This document shows positions 1 through 8,037 of a DNA stretch of 16,141 nt, piece after piece. The notes below the pieces were generated by a model, which saw only the letters and a list, made by a program, of their open reading frames with translations, was not told the origin of the DNA and made no database searches. The position numbers were made by a program, and so were the translations under genes. The number at the start of each line of letters is the position of its first letter. Within the stretch, counting starts at the first letter, position 1. This stretch comes from Thermotogota bacterium (GTDB taxonomy: Bacteria; Bipolaricaulota; Bipolaricaulia; UBA7950; UBA9294), in NCBI GenBank assembly GCA_039679545.1, contig JBDKUT010000079.1, forward strand, positions 1-16,141. The letters are read 5' to 3'.

Positions 1-2221
1 GCAGGAGTTGGTCGAGGTAGTCCTCCACCTCGCGAAGCGCCTCGCTGACGGTACGACCGCGCAAATCGAGTTGGAGGGGCACTTGGCTCGGCCGCGGGCG
101 CCGCATCGACACCGTGCGCTCCCAAGCCACATTGCGGTCACCGGCGCCCGCGCGTCGCCCGCTATCCCCATGGACGGGCGATTCCAGGTCCGATACCTCT
201 GTTGTCACGCGGATTCCACCCTCCAGGTCGACGATGACTTTGCCTCGCGGGTCGAGCTGGACGATACGGCCGTTCTCGCGAACGCTGTGGACGCGGACCG
301 GCGCGCCGACTTCGAGCGACGCCGGATCGATCGGTACCGGCCGGTCGAGGTCCGCGAGCGCCTCCCGCTCCCGTTCGACCTCCTCGCGAAGCCTCGCCAA
401 CTCGACCAGGGCGGCCTTCACGTCCTCTTCGCGGGGTGTCTCCACCGAGCGAACCCGCGCCATCGCCTCCTCCGCACGGCGCTGGCCGTCGCGCAGGAAT
501 GTTTCCAGCGCCCGCACGCGGCCCGAGAGCGACGCCTCCCGCTCCCGCTCAAACGCCTGCAGTTTCCGCGCGTACTCCTCGCGGAGGGCTCGCGCCTCCG
601 CCCGTTCGTGTTCCGCGCCCTCTCGCTGCTGGACGAGCGCCTGCCGCTCGCGGTGCAACTCATCGATGATGTCCTCGGCCCGAATCTCCCCCCCGGACAA
701 CGAGGCGCGCGCCCGCTCGATCAGCTCCCGCGGAAGCCCAAGCCGTTCCGCAATCAGGAGGGCGTTCGACCGCCCCGGCACGCCTTCGATCACGCGAAAC
801 GTTGGGGACAGCGACGCGACGTCGAACTCCATAGACGCCGTCTTGATCTCCGGGTGCCGGATCGCGAAGTATTTGAGCGGCGTCAGGTGCGTCGAGATCG
901 CCACGAGCGCGCCGCTCGCCAGCAGCGCCTCGATCACGGACAGGCCGAGAGCTGCGCCCTCCTGCGGATCCGTTCCCGCTCCCAGCTCGTCCAAGAGGAC
1001 GAGCGTCCCCGCGTCGGCGTGGGCCAGGATGTCGACGATGTTCCGCATGTGTGCGGAGAACGTCGACAAGCTCTGCTCAATCGACTGCTCGTCGCCGATG
1101 TCGGTTCGAATCGCCGACACGATTCGGATCTCCGAGTCCGGCGACGCAGGAACGGGGATCGCGGACTGGGTCATCAGGGTGAGCAGTCCGAGGGTTTTCA
1201 GCGTCACCGTCTTCCCGCCCGTGTTCGGACCCGTGATGACCGTCATCCTTCGGCCATCCCCGAGCGACAGAGATACAGGTACGGCGCGATTCCTCACCAG
1301 GAGCGGGTGCCGTGCATTTCGGAGCGAGAGCCGATCTCCGAGGTGGGGGAACGCACATCGGTCGACGGCCGCGTACGCGGCGCGGGCGAACAGCCCATCC
1401 AGGTGACCGAGGACGGCCCGATCGCGCAGGAAGGCGGCCTCCGACTCCAAGAAGAGGTCGGTCAACTCGCGCAGAATGCGCCGGACCTCATCGCGAATCT
1501 CGTCCGACAACTGCGCCGCAGCGTTGTTCTCCGCCACCAACGCCGTCGGCTCCGCGTACAGCGTCTGCCCCGTCGCCGAGCGGTCGTGGACGACAAAGTC
1601 GGCCATCCCCACGGCGCCGCTGCGGACGGCCAGAACGAGGCGCCCCTGCCGGCGGGTGACGACGGGCTCGCTGATCAAGTCGGCGTGTCCGTCGATGAAC
1701 GATCGAAGCTTCGTCTCGATCCGCGATTCCACTGTGCGCCGCTTCTTGATCAGCGCGGCCAAGTCGTCGGACGCGTCGTCGCGGATCTCTCCGCGCTCGT
1801 CAACGACGCGGCGAAGGCGACGGCCGAAAGCGTCCCCGCCCGCCGTAAGGCGCTCGGCCAAGGCGACGAGGCGCGGGTGCGCGTCGTCTCCCTCGAACAA
1901 TCGGCGCAGCGTGAGCGTCGCATCGATCGTCTCCAGCACAACGAGGAATTCGCCGCCGTCGAGGAACGAGCCCTCCCGGGCGCGGCGCAGGAGCGGCGCC
2001 AGGTCGCGAACGCCGCCGAGCGAGAAGCGCCCGCTCTTCGCGAGGAAGGAGACCGCCTCGGACACCTCGGCCATCGCCGCCTCGATCGCGGCTCGGTCCG
2101 TCGCCGGGAAGAGAGCGTCGACCGCCTCCTCTCCGAGCGGCGACGAGGCGTACGAACGAACGATCGATTTCAGTCGATCGAACTCAAGGTCCCGCAACGC
2201 CTTGTCGTCAGCAATCGCCAT
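1..2221 (-). CDS. mutS2: Endonuclease MutS2 (ribosome-collision rescue / anti-recombination ATPase), 3' end truncated by window edge
   Basis: Manual translation of parts of the minus frame in register with the 8..2248 shadow ORF: start MAIADDKALRDLEFDRLKSIVRSYASSPLG (ATG 2221, GGAG upstream); Walker A VITGPNTGGKT; DIGDEQSIEQSLSTFSAHM; Walker B LVLLDELGAGTDPQEG; KOW-like LEVGAPVRVHSVRENGRIV; Smr start LDLRGRTVSEALREVEDYLDQLL at the edge. No stop seen, so it is missing from the ORF track. Confidence 0.96.
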   Translation of the reverse strand, partial: MAIADDKALRDLEFDRLKSIVRSYASSPLGEEAVDALFPATDRAAIEAAMAEVSEAVSFLAKSGRFSLGGVRDLAPLLRRAREGSFLDGGEFLVVLETIDATLTLRRLFEGDDAHPRLVALAERLTAGGDAFGRRLRRVVDERGEIRDDASDDLAALIKKRRTVESRIETKLRSFIDGHADLISEPVVTRRQGRLVLAVRSGAVGMADFVVHDRSATGQTLYAEPTALVAENNAAAQLSDEIRDEVRRILRELTDLFLESEAAFLRDRAVLGHLDGLFARAAYAAVDRCAFPHLGDRLSLRNARHPLLVRNRAVPVSLSLGDGRRMTVITGPNTGGKTVTLKTLGLLTLMTQSAIPVPASPDSEIRIVSAIRTDIGDEQSIEQSLSTFSAHMRNIVDILAHADAGTLVLLDELGAGTDPQEGAALGLSVIEALLASGALVAISTHLTPLKYFAIRHPEIKTASMEFDVASLSPTFRVIEGVPGRSNALLIAERLGLPRELIERARASLSGGEIRAEDIIDELHRERQALVQQREGAEHERAEARALREEYARKLQAFEREREASLSGRVRALETFLRDGQRRAEEAMARVRSVETPREEDVKAALVELARLREEVEREREALADLDRPVPIDPASLEVGAPVRVHSVRENGRIVQLDPRGKVIVDLEGGIRVTTEVSDLESPVHGDSGRRAGAGDRNVAWERTVSMRRPRPSQVPLQLDLRGRTVSEALREVEDYLDQLL

Positions 2222-2303
2222 CGTCTCGCTCCGGACCCGTCCCGCTGAGCGGGGTTGTAGCCGATCCGTCCCCATCGATCCACGTCCGACCTCGCTCCAG
2301 CCA

Positions 2304-2367
2304 GGAGAAGCCACGACGCATCTTGGCTTCTCCCGAGCTGCCGAGTACCGCAGACTCGCTCGGCAGC
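2304..2367. other. Two adjacent GC-rich stem-loops in the mutS2/DMT divergent spacer
   Basis: GGAGAAGCCA (2304-2313) pairs with TGGCTTCTCC (2324-2333); GCTGCCGAG (2337-2345) pairs with CTCGGCAGC (2359-2367). No U-tract. Function unknown. Confidence 0.6.
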
Positions 2368-2370
2368 CCC

Positions 2371-2400
2371 TTGCCGCGCTCTCCAAGGTCCGCCATCATA
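2371..2400. promoter_or_regulatory. Candidate overlapping divergent promoters for DMT (+) and mutS2 (-)
   Basis: Plus strand: TTGCCG (2371-2376)-17 bp-CATCAT (2394-2399). Minus strand: TATGAT (plus 2395-2400) with only a weak -35. Confidence 0.35.
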
Positions 2401-2458
2401 CGCTGTCCCGCGGAAACGGACGATCCGAACCCCACCGCGAGGCGGGAGACGAACGACC

Positions 2459-3367
2459 ATGCCCGCGCAGCATCCAATTCGAGCCTACGCCGCCCTTGTA
2501 AGCTCCATGCTGATCTGGGGATTCTCGTTCCTCGCCACGAAGGAGCTGCTCCCCGTTGTCCCGGTCTTGTCGCTCCTTTTCGCGCGCTTCGCAGTCGCCA
2601 CCATCTTCCTCAGCGTGCCGGCCCTCCTGTACCACGCCCTCCGAGTCAGCCGGCGGGACCTCGCCATCCTCGCGGGACTGGCCCTCTTGAGTCCCGTCGG
2701 CTACTACCTGTTCGAGACCTACGGCGTAGCGTTCACCCAGGCGAGTCACGTGTCGATCATCATCGCTACGATCCCAATCGGCGTCTACCTCATTGCGTTT
2801 GCACGCCGCATGGAGCGAATCACGTGGCGGAAGACCGCCGGGATCCTCCTCGGCTTCCTCGGCATCGTCCTCCTCGTCGACTCTTCGTCGGGGGAGGCGG
2901 GCGCGAGTCTCACCGGCGACGTCCTCGTGCTCGGCGCTGTCGCCTGCGCCGCCGTTCAGACCGTGCTCCTCAAGGAGGCGCTGCGCAGGATCACGCCCCT
3001 CCAGCTGACGTTCTACCAGTCCCTGCTGTCGCTCGTCGTCTTCGGCCCACTCGCCACCGTCGACGGGTTCTCCTGGATTCCGAAGGTCACTCTCGTCGGC
3101 TGGTGGGAGTTCCTGTTCCTCGCCATCTTCTGCTCTGCGCTGGCATTCGTCGCGATGAACTACGCCCTCGCCCGCCTCTCCGCCACGAGCGTCTCGGTCT
3201 CCGTGAATCTCGTTCCGATCGTAACGGTGGCCGCGGAAGCCGTCTGGTTCGGCGTCCCTCTGACCCTCGCGAAGATCACGGGGACGGCACTCGCCGTCGT
3301 CGGCGTCCTCGTCATTCAGCTCGAGAAGCCTGACACGACGCTCGTTCCAAGGCAAGAGGGAGGGTGA
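2459..3367 (+). CDS. EamA/DMT family transporter
   Basis: 302 aa, about 10 hydrophobic segments in two repeats; IWGFSFLATK, LLFARFAVA, GDVLVLGAV and NLVPIVTV are typical EamA segments; GGGAG upstream. Confidence 0.92.
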   Translation: MPAQHPIRAYAALVSSMLIWGFSFLATKELLPVVPVLSLLFARFAVATIFLSVPALLYHALRVSRRDLAILAGLALLSPVGYYLFETYGVAFTQASHVSIIIATIPIGVYLIAFARRMERITWRKTAGILLGFLGIVLLVDSSSGEAGASLTGDVLVLGAVACAAVQTVLLKEALRRITPLQLTFYQSLLSLVVFGPLATVDGFSWIPKVTLVGWWEFLFLAIFCSALAFVAMNYALARLSATSVSVSVNLVPIVTVAAEAVWFGVPLTLAKITGTALAVVGVLVIQLEKPDTTLVPRQEGG

Positions 3368-4728
3368 GCGCGATGTCCTTCCTCCGCTCGCTCGCCCTCC
3401 ATCGCGGGCCGGCTCGGCGCGTTCTCGCTCTCGCAACCCCCGTCGTTCTCGGGTCGCTCTCGTTCACGCTGTTGAGCGTCGTGGACACGGCGATGCTCGG
3501 CCGGCTCGGCGCGGCTCCGCTGGCCGCGTCCGGCGTCGCCGGGGTTCTAACCTTTGCGATCCTCTATGCACTCGGTGGAATGAGCATCGGAGTTCAAGCC
3601 CTCGTGGCACGCCGGTTCGGCGAGGAGCAGTTCTCGCAGTGCGGCGAAGTCCTCCGCTCGGGCCTCACCGTCTCGCTCCTGTTCGGCATCCCCCTCGTCG
3701 TCGCCGCGCCGTGGATCGCACGACTCGCGGCGCCGCTCCTCTCCCCCGATCCAGACGTGGCACGGCTTGGCGCAATCTACGCGCACCAGCGGCTGTACGG
3801 CTCGGCCTTCTCGTTCTTCTCGTGGGTGTACGCGGCGTTCTTCGCCGGGATCGGCCGGACGCGCCACCAGTTGGTCAACTCGATCCTTGTGACTGCCGCC
3901 AACGTTGTCCTCGACTACCTCCTCATCTTCGGACGGGGAGGGTTTCCCGCGCTCGGCGTCGCCGGAGCGGCCATCGCCACCAACATCGCTCTCGGCATCG
4001 GCGTCCTCTACTACGTCGTGATCACTCTCCTGCCGTCCTACCGCAGAACGTACGCACCGTACCGCGGAGGCCGCCTCGTGGGCCGCTGGATCCCGCCCCT
4101 CTTCCGGCTCTCGCTTCCCGTCCACGCCCAGCGAATTCTCTCGCACGGAAGCTGGTTTGCGTTCTTCCTCATCACGAGCCGCATCGGAACGCTCGAGCTG
4201 GCGGCGACGAACGTCATCCGCTCGATCTACTCGCTCTCGATCATGTTCGCCGTAGGGATGGGGACCGCGAGCGCCGCCCTCGTGGGTCAGAGTCTCGGTG
4301 CTCAACGCCCGGACGACGCCGAGCGTCTCGGGTGGGAGGCGGCGAAGCTGTCCGCCTACCTGATGGTGGCGATCGGCATCCTCTTCCTGGCGATTCCGCA
4401 GTGGATCTTCCGGATCTACACGTCCGATCCGGGCGTCATTGCCGTAGGCCGAACGCCGCTGTTCTACCTCGGCCTCGTCCAGGGACTCGCGGGGATCGCC
4501 CTCGTGCTGTCGCAGACCCTCCAGAGCGCGGGGAACACGCGGTTTGTGCTCGCCGTCGAGCTCATCATCTGCCTTGGCATCTACCTGCCCGTCGCGTTCT
4601 TCCTCGGGCTGCGCTCGAAGCTCGGCCTCGTCGGCGCGTGGACGGCAGAATACGTCTACTGGCTCTCGCTCGCCGTGGTGATGGTCGCCAAGTTCCGCCG
4701 CGGCACGTGGAAGACAATCCGCATCTAG
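3364..4728 (+). CDS. MATE family efflux transporter
   Basis: 454 aa, about 12 TM; LATPVVLG...VVDTAMLGRLG, NVVLDYLLIFG..GFPALGVAGAAIAT, ALVGQSLGA. GTG overlaps the DMT stop (GTGA); alternative ATG at 3373. Confidence 0.94.
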   Translation: MSAMSFLRSLALHRGPARRVLALATPVVLGSLSFTLLSVVDTAMLGRLGAAPLAASGVAGVLTFAILYALGGMSIGVQALVARRFGEEQFSQCGEVLRSGLTVSLLFGIPLVVAAPWIARLAAPLLSPDPDVARLGAIYAHQRLYGSAFSFFSWVYAAFFAGIGRTRHQLVNSILVTAANVVLDYLLIFGRGGFPALGVAGAAIATNIALGIGVLYYVVITLLPSYRRTYAPYRGGRLVGRWIPPLFRLSLPVHAQRILSHGSWFAFFLITSRIGTLELAATNVIRSIYSLSIMFAVGMGTASAALVGQSLGAQRPDDAERLGWEAAKLSAYLMVAIGILFLAIPQWIFRIYTSDPGVIAVGRTPLFYLGLVQGLAGIALVLSQTLQSAGNTRFVLAVELIICLGIYLPVAFFLGLRSKLGLVGAWTAEYVYWLSLAVVMVAKFRRGTWKTIRI

Positions 4729-4760
4729 GACGGCCTTCGCGTTGCCGCTGCGGAGCGCCT

Positions 4761-4788
4761 GCCGATCCTCACCGCAGAGATCGCAGAG
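4761..4788 (+). repeat. Dispersed intergenic repeat, copy 1
   Basis: GCCGATCCTCACCGCAGAGATCGCAGAG matches 12056-12082 at 26/28 positions (1 gap, 1 mismatch). Confidence 0.75.
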
Positions 4789-4892
4789 AGGGGAGTCCCG
4801 GAGTCGGATTCCCGCCGCATCCTCGGGCGGCCGCCGTGCGGCAGGAGCTCAACGCCTACTGCGCTGATCGGCGTTCGGCGCACGCGGGGTCG

Positions 4893-6227
4893 TCAGCGCG
4901 GAGCGACGAAGCCGACCACGACGTCAGCCACGTTCGTCCCCGTAGGACCGGTCATGAGCAGGTCCCCGCTCGCGCGCAGCGCGAGGTGACTGTCGTTCTC
5001 GTCCAGCGCCGCACGTTCGTTGAGCCCCGCAGCGCGGATTCGCCTGACGGTGCCCCCATCGACGAGCGCGCCCGCGACGTCCGTCGGTCCATCCACGCCG
5101 TCCGTCGCCAGGAAAGCCACGGACGCGCCCATCACGTCCGATAACTCAAGCGCAGCCGAGAGCCCCGCTTCCTGGTTCCGCCCACCCGTTCCGCGTCCGC
5201 GGACGACGACGGTCGTCTCGCCTGCCGCGAGCCAGATCGTCGGAGCCTCGGCCTCCTTGGCCAGCCGTCGCAGCTCCCGACCGATCTCCGCACCGACCTC
5301 CCGGGCTTCCCCCGCAAGCGGTCCCTCCCGGCGCACGACCGACCACCCTCTCCGCGCTGCGCGAAGCGCCACCGCGTCGAGGAATGTGTCTCCGCTCCCA
5401 AGAACACAGAATCGGGTCCTCGCGAACACAGGATCCCCCGGCTTCGGCGTCTCCTCGAGTTCGCCGCGACACCCCCGCTCGATCATCCACCGCGCCGGAG
5501 GCGGAACCCTCAACCAGAGCCCGCGACGCACAAGAACCCCGCGTGCGTCACGGAACGTCGTGGGATCCGGAACCGTGGGCCCTGACGCGATCACCTCCGG
5601 CCGGTTTCCGGGCACGTCAGACAACGCGAGCGTCTTGAGACGTCCTCGAACAAGCCGTGCGAGCCGTCCTCCCGAGAGCCTCGTCAGGTGGCGACGCACG
5701 ACGTTCGTCTCGTCGATCGGCACGCCACCCGAAAGCAGCCGCCCGATCGTCTCGCGCAGGTCCACGAGGCTGAGGCCCTCGATCGGCGCCCCCACGAGCG
5801 ACGACCCACCCCCGGACAGAAGGCACAGGACGAGATCGTCCTCCGTCGACTCGGCCGCGAGGCGCTCGACCGCAGCGGCCGCCTCCACGCTCCCCGAGTC
5901 GGGAAGAGGGTGTCCCCCCACGTGGAGATCCAACCCCGCGGCCTCGCGCGGCAAAACAACGTCCGTAGGAGCAACCACGATCCCGCGCCGCGGCGAGCCG
6001 CCGAGGGCTTCAATCGCTCCGCGAGCCATCGCGACGGCGGCCTTGCCGATCGACACCATCATCACGCGCTCTCTGCCCGCGCGAAGGGCGCACGCGTTGT
6101 CCGTAAGTGCCCGACGCACAAGACTCCCCGGCTCGATGGCTTCCAATCCCACCGCGAGGAGGTCCAAGACCTCGTCGCGACCGAACCCGTCGCGGAGCGC
6201 GCGGCGGTCGACCTTGATCGCGCTCAT
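4893..6227 (-). CDS. Glycerate kinase type 2 (DUF4147 + MOFRL) family protein
   Basis: SIGKAA, LCLLSGGGSSL, SDVPG..VIASGPT, AGETTV, GGRNQE, ATDGVDGPT, TGPTGTNVAD. Start moved to ATG 6227 (MSAIKVDR), which overlaps the upstream stop as ATGA; 444 aa. Confidence 0.93.
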   Translation of the reverse strand: MSAIKVDRRALRDGFGRDEVLDLLAVGLEAIEPGSLVRRALTDNACALRAGRERVMMVSIGKAAVAMARGAIEALGGSPRRGIVVAPTDVVLPREAAGLDLHVGGHPLPDSGSVEAAAAVERLAAESTEDDLVLCLLSGGGSSLVGAPIEGLSLVDLRETIGRLLSGGVPIDETNVVRRHLTRLSGGRLARLVRGRLKTLALSDVPGNRPEVIASGPTVPDPTTFRDARGVLVRRGLWLRVPPPARWMIERGCRGELEETPKPGDPVFARTRFCVLGSGDTFLDAVALRAARRGWSVVRREGPLAGEAREVGAEIGRELRRLAKEAEAPTIWLAAGETTVVVRGRGTGGRNQEAGLSAALELSDVMGASVAFLATDGVDGPTDVAGALVDGGTVRRIRAAGLNERAALDENDSHLALRASGDLLMTGPTGTNVADVVVGFVAPR

Positions 6228-6895
6228 TTCCGGCCCCCTCTTCGTTTGGGATGAGAGCAGACGGACGAGAGCGGGCAGCCGGAGCACGTAGGACGCGGCC
6301 CGCATCGTTCCTTCCCGTGGCACACGATCAGCGCGTGCAGCTCCCCGTACGCGTCCGCGTCCGCCGACCACGCCGCCATGACGGCCGCCCGGACCGACTC
6401 GTACGTCGCTCCCGGAGGAACCCACCCCAGCCGATCGAAGAGCCGCAGGGCATACCGATCAGCCACGAATGCCGGGCGTTTCGCGACGTAGAGGAGGATG
6501 GCGTCCGCCGTCTCGCTCCCGATGCCGTGAACGGCGAGCAGCGCGGCTCGCACGGCGTCGGGCGGTTCATCGCGCATCGCCGTGGGATCGCCGCCCCACG
6601 TTTCAAGCAGGGCGCGGGCCAACGCTTTCAGCTTCGTCGCCTTCGCGTTGTAGAAGAGGGCCGGTCGGATCGCCTCGGCGACTGCTTCGACCGGAGCGCG
6701 GTTGAGGGCCGCCGGGGACAGAAGGCCGACACGGCGGAGTCCCGAAAGGGCCGCCGCCGCGTTCCGCCAGGCCACGCGCTGCGTCAGGATCGCGCCGACA
6801 CAGACCTCCCAGGGATCGTCGGCCGGCCACCACCCCTGCGGCCCGTACGCGCGGAGGAGAAGCCGGTAGAGAGAGGCGATGTCCTCAGTCTTCAT
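6224..6895 (-). CDS. Endonuclease III-related HhH-GPD DNA glycosylase with [4Fe-4S] motif
   Basis: YGPQGWWP..PWEVCVGAILTQ, HhH LLAVHGIGSETADAILLY, catalytic Asp in AFVADRY, C-terminal CGPRPTCSGCPLSSVC. Start moved to ATG 6895 (MKTEDIA); 223 aa. Confidence 0.92.
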   Translation of the reverse strand: MKTEDIASLYRLLLRAYGPQGWWPADDPWEVCVGAILTQRVAWRNAAAALSGLRRVGLLSPAALNRAPVEAVAEAIRPALFYNAKATKLKALARALLETWGGDPTAMRDEPPDAVRAALLAVHGIGSETADAILLYVAKRPAFVADRYALRLFDRLGWVPPGATYESVRAAVMAAWSADADAYGELHALIVCHGKERCGPRPTCSGCPLSSVCSHPKRRGGRK

Positions 6896-7535
6896 CGAGG
6901 AGGTACGAGCGAATCCCCTCGTAGACGGCGTTCGCGATCTCTTTCTGCCGCGAGAAGTTCTTGAGCGCGCCGCGCTCCTGGTAGTTCGTGATGAAACCCA
7001 TCTCGACCAAGACGGCCGGCATCTGGGCACGCGTGATGAACAGGGAGGCCGTTCGGACGCCTCGATCGTGCGACCCCATCACCCGCGCGACCCGGTCCTG
7101 CAAGGCGGCCGCCAGCTGCGCGCTCGCGCCGTCGGCGGACTGCTTGGAATCGATGTACGTCTCCACACCGCACACGCTCGGGTCCGAGCACGCGTTCACG
7201 TGAAGACTCACGAACAACGCCGCTTTCCTCCCGTTGGCGATCTTCGTTCGCTCGGCCAGCTCGACGAACACGTCGCTGTCTCGCGTCAGGATGACCTGGA
7301 TCGTCGGGTCGCCGAGCGACGCCATCCGCACCAGCCGCGCGACCGCCAGCGTAACGTCCTTCTCCTCCGACCCATCCGCACCCAGAGCCCCCGGATCCTC
7401 GCCGCCGTGCCCGGCGTCGATCACGACGACGCGGAGCAGCGGAGGCGCCGGCGGTCCACTGATGCCGATGGCCACGAACCCAAGAGCGATGCCGAGGAGA
7501 CCGAGCACGACGATGAGCCGTTGATAGCGTTTCAA
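6885..7535 (-). CDS. N-acetylmuramoyl-L-alanine amidase (Amidase_3), N-terminal membrane anchor/signal
   Basis: Zn ligands in IDAGHGGEDPGA, EKDVTL and SLHVNA; catalytic PAVLVEMGF. Start moved to TTG 7535, preceded by GGGAGGAAGG and followed by KRYQR plus a hydrophobic helix; 216 aa. Confidence 0.93.
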   Translation of the reverse strand: MKRYQRLIVVLGLLGIALGFVAIGISGPPAPPLLRVVVIDAGHGGEDPGALGADGSEEKDVTLAVARLVRMASLGDPTIQVILTRDSDVFVELAERTKIANGRKAALFVSLHVNACSDPSVCGVETYIDSKQSADGASAQLAAALQDRVARVMGSHDRGVRTASLFITRAQMPAVLVEMGFITNYQERGALKNFSRQKEIANAVYEGIRSYLLDED

Positions 7536-7651
7536 GCGTTCCTTCCTCCCTGCACGCCGCAGAGTACCCACCGCGTTCAAAAGCCGCGATGGCCTCGGAC
7601 CGACGCACGACTGACATTTGCTCATCGCCGATCGGCCTTTCGTCCTCCCCC

Positions 7652-7680
7652 TTGTCATCAGGCTGCGAACCGGGTATGCT
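7652..7680 (+). promoter_or_regulatory. Sigma70-type promoter of the feoA-fur-feoB operon
   Basis: TTGTCA (7652-7657)-17 bp-TATGCT (7675-7680); the predicted start site near 7687 coincides with the Fur box. Confidence 0.75.
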
Positions 7681-7686
7681 GGCACC

Positions 7687-7705
7687 GATAATGAGAATCA
7701 TTATC
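7687..7705. promoter_or_regulatory. Fur box
   Basis: GATAATGAGAATCATTATC, 18/19 identical to the classical GATAATGATAATCATTATC; perfect 8-3-8 inverted repeat; AT-rich island in GC-rich DNA, just before the feoA RBS (AGGAG 7709-7713). Confidence 0.93.
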
Positions 7706-7719
7706 AGTAGGAGTCGAAG

Positions 7720-8037
7720 ATGACGCTGGAGCAACTGCCCGCCGGGATGCCGGGAAGAATCGTGTCGATCGACGCGGGATTCGGGCTCCGCCGCAGGCTG
7801 GAGCAGATGGGGCTTCAGCCGGGGGACCTCATCTCCGTGACCTCGCGCGCTCCGTTTCACGGCCCGCTTCTCGTGTGTGCGCGCGGTTGCCAGACCGCTC
7901 TAGGGCGCGGCGTAGCGAGGCGGATCGAAGTCCTGCCCACCGACGCGTCCGAGGCGCTCGCCGGCAGTACCGGTCACTCGGGACCCCGGCGCCTGCGCAG
8001 AGCCGGCCTGCACCATGGGCACAGGAGGCTGCCGTGA
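7720..8037 (+). CDS. feoA: Ferrous iron transport protein A
   Basis: MTLEQLPAG..GRIVSI..LRRRLEQMGLQPG..APFHGPL..ALGRGVARRIEV is the FeoA SH3-like signature; AGGAG RBS; ~30 aa C-terminal tail. Confidence 0.93.
   Translation: MTLEQLPAGMPGRIVSIDAGFGLRRRLEQMGLQPGDLISVTSRAPFHGPLLVCARGCQTALGRGVARRIEVLPTDASEALAGSTGHSGPRRLRRAGLHHGHRRLP

Noticed and set aside
8..2248. 746-aa plus-strand ORF
   Set aside because: In-register antisense shadow of mutS2; no motifs of its own. Long shadows are expected in GC-rich DNA.
2299..2312. AGCCAGGAGA resembling the cobalamin riboswitch B12 box (similar string near 15865-15880)
   Set aside because: No upstream GGGAA or GCAACTG core elements, and too little non-coding space.
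7625..7670. Hammerhead-like CTGATGA...GAAA on the minus strand
   Set aside because: The intervening CAAGGGGGAGGAC cannot form stem II and no stem III/UH cleavage site follows; the segment is explained by the feo -35 region.
7536..7685. N-terminal extension of the amidase in the ORF track (includes a CQSC motif)
   Set aside because: A strong RBS and signal-like N-terminus support TTG 7535, and the extension overlaps the feo promoter.
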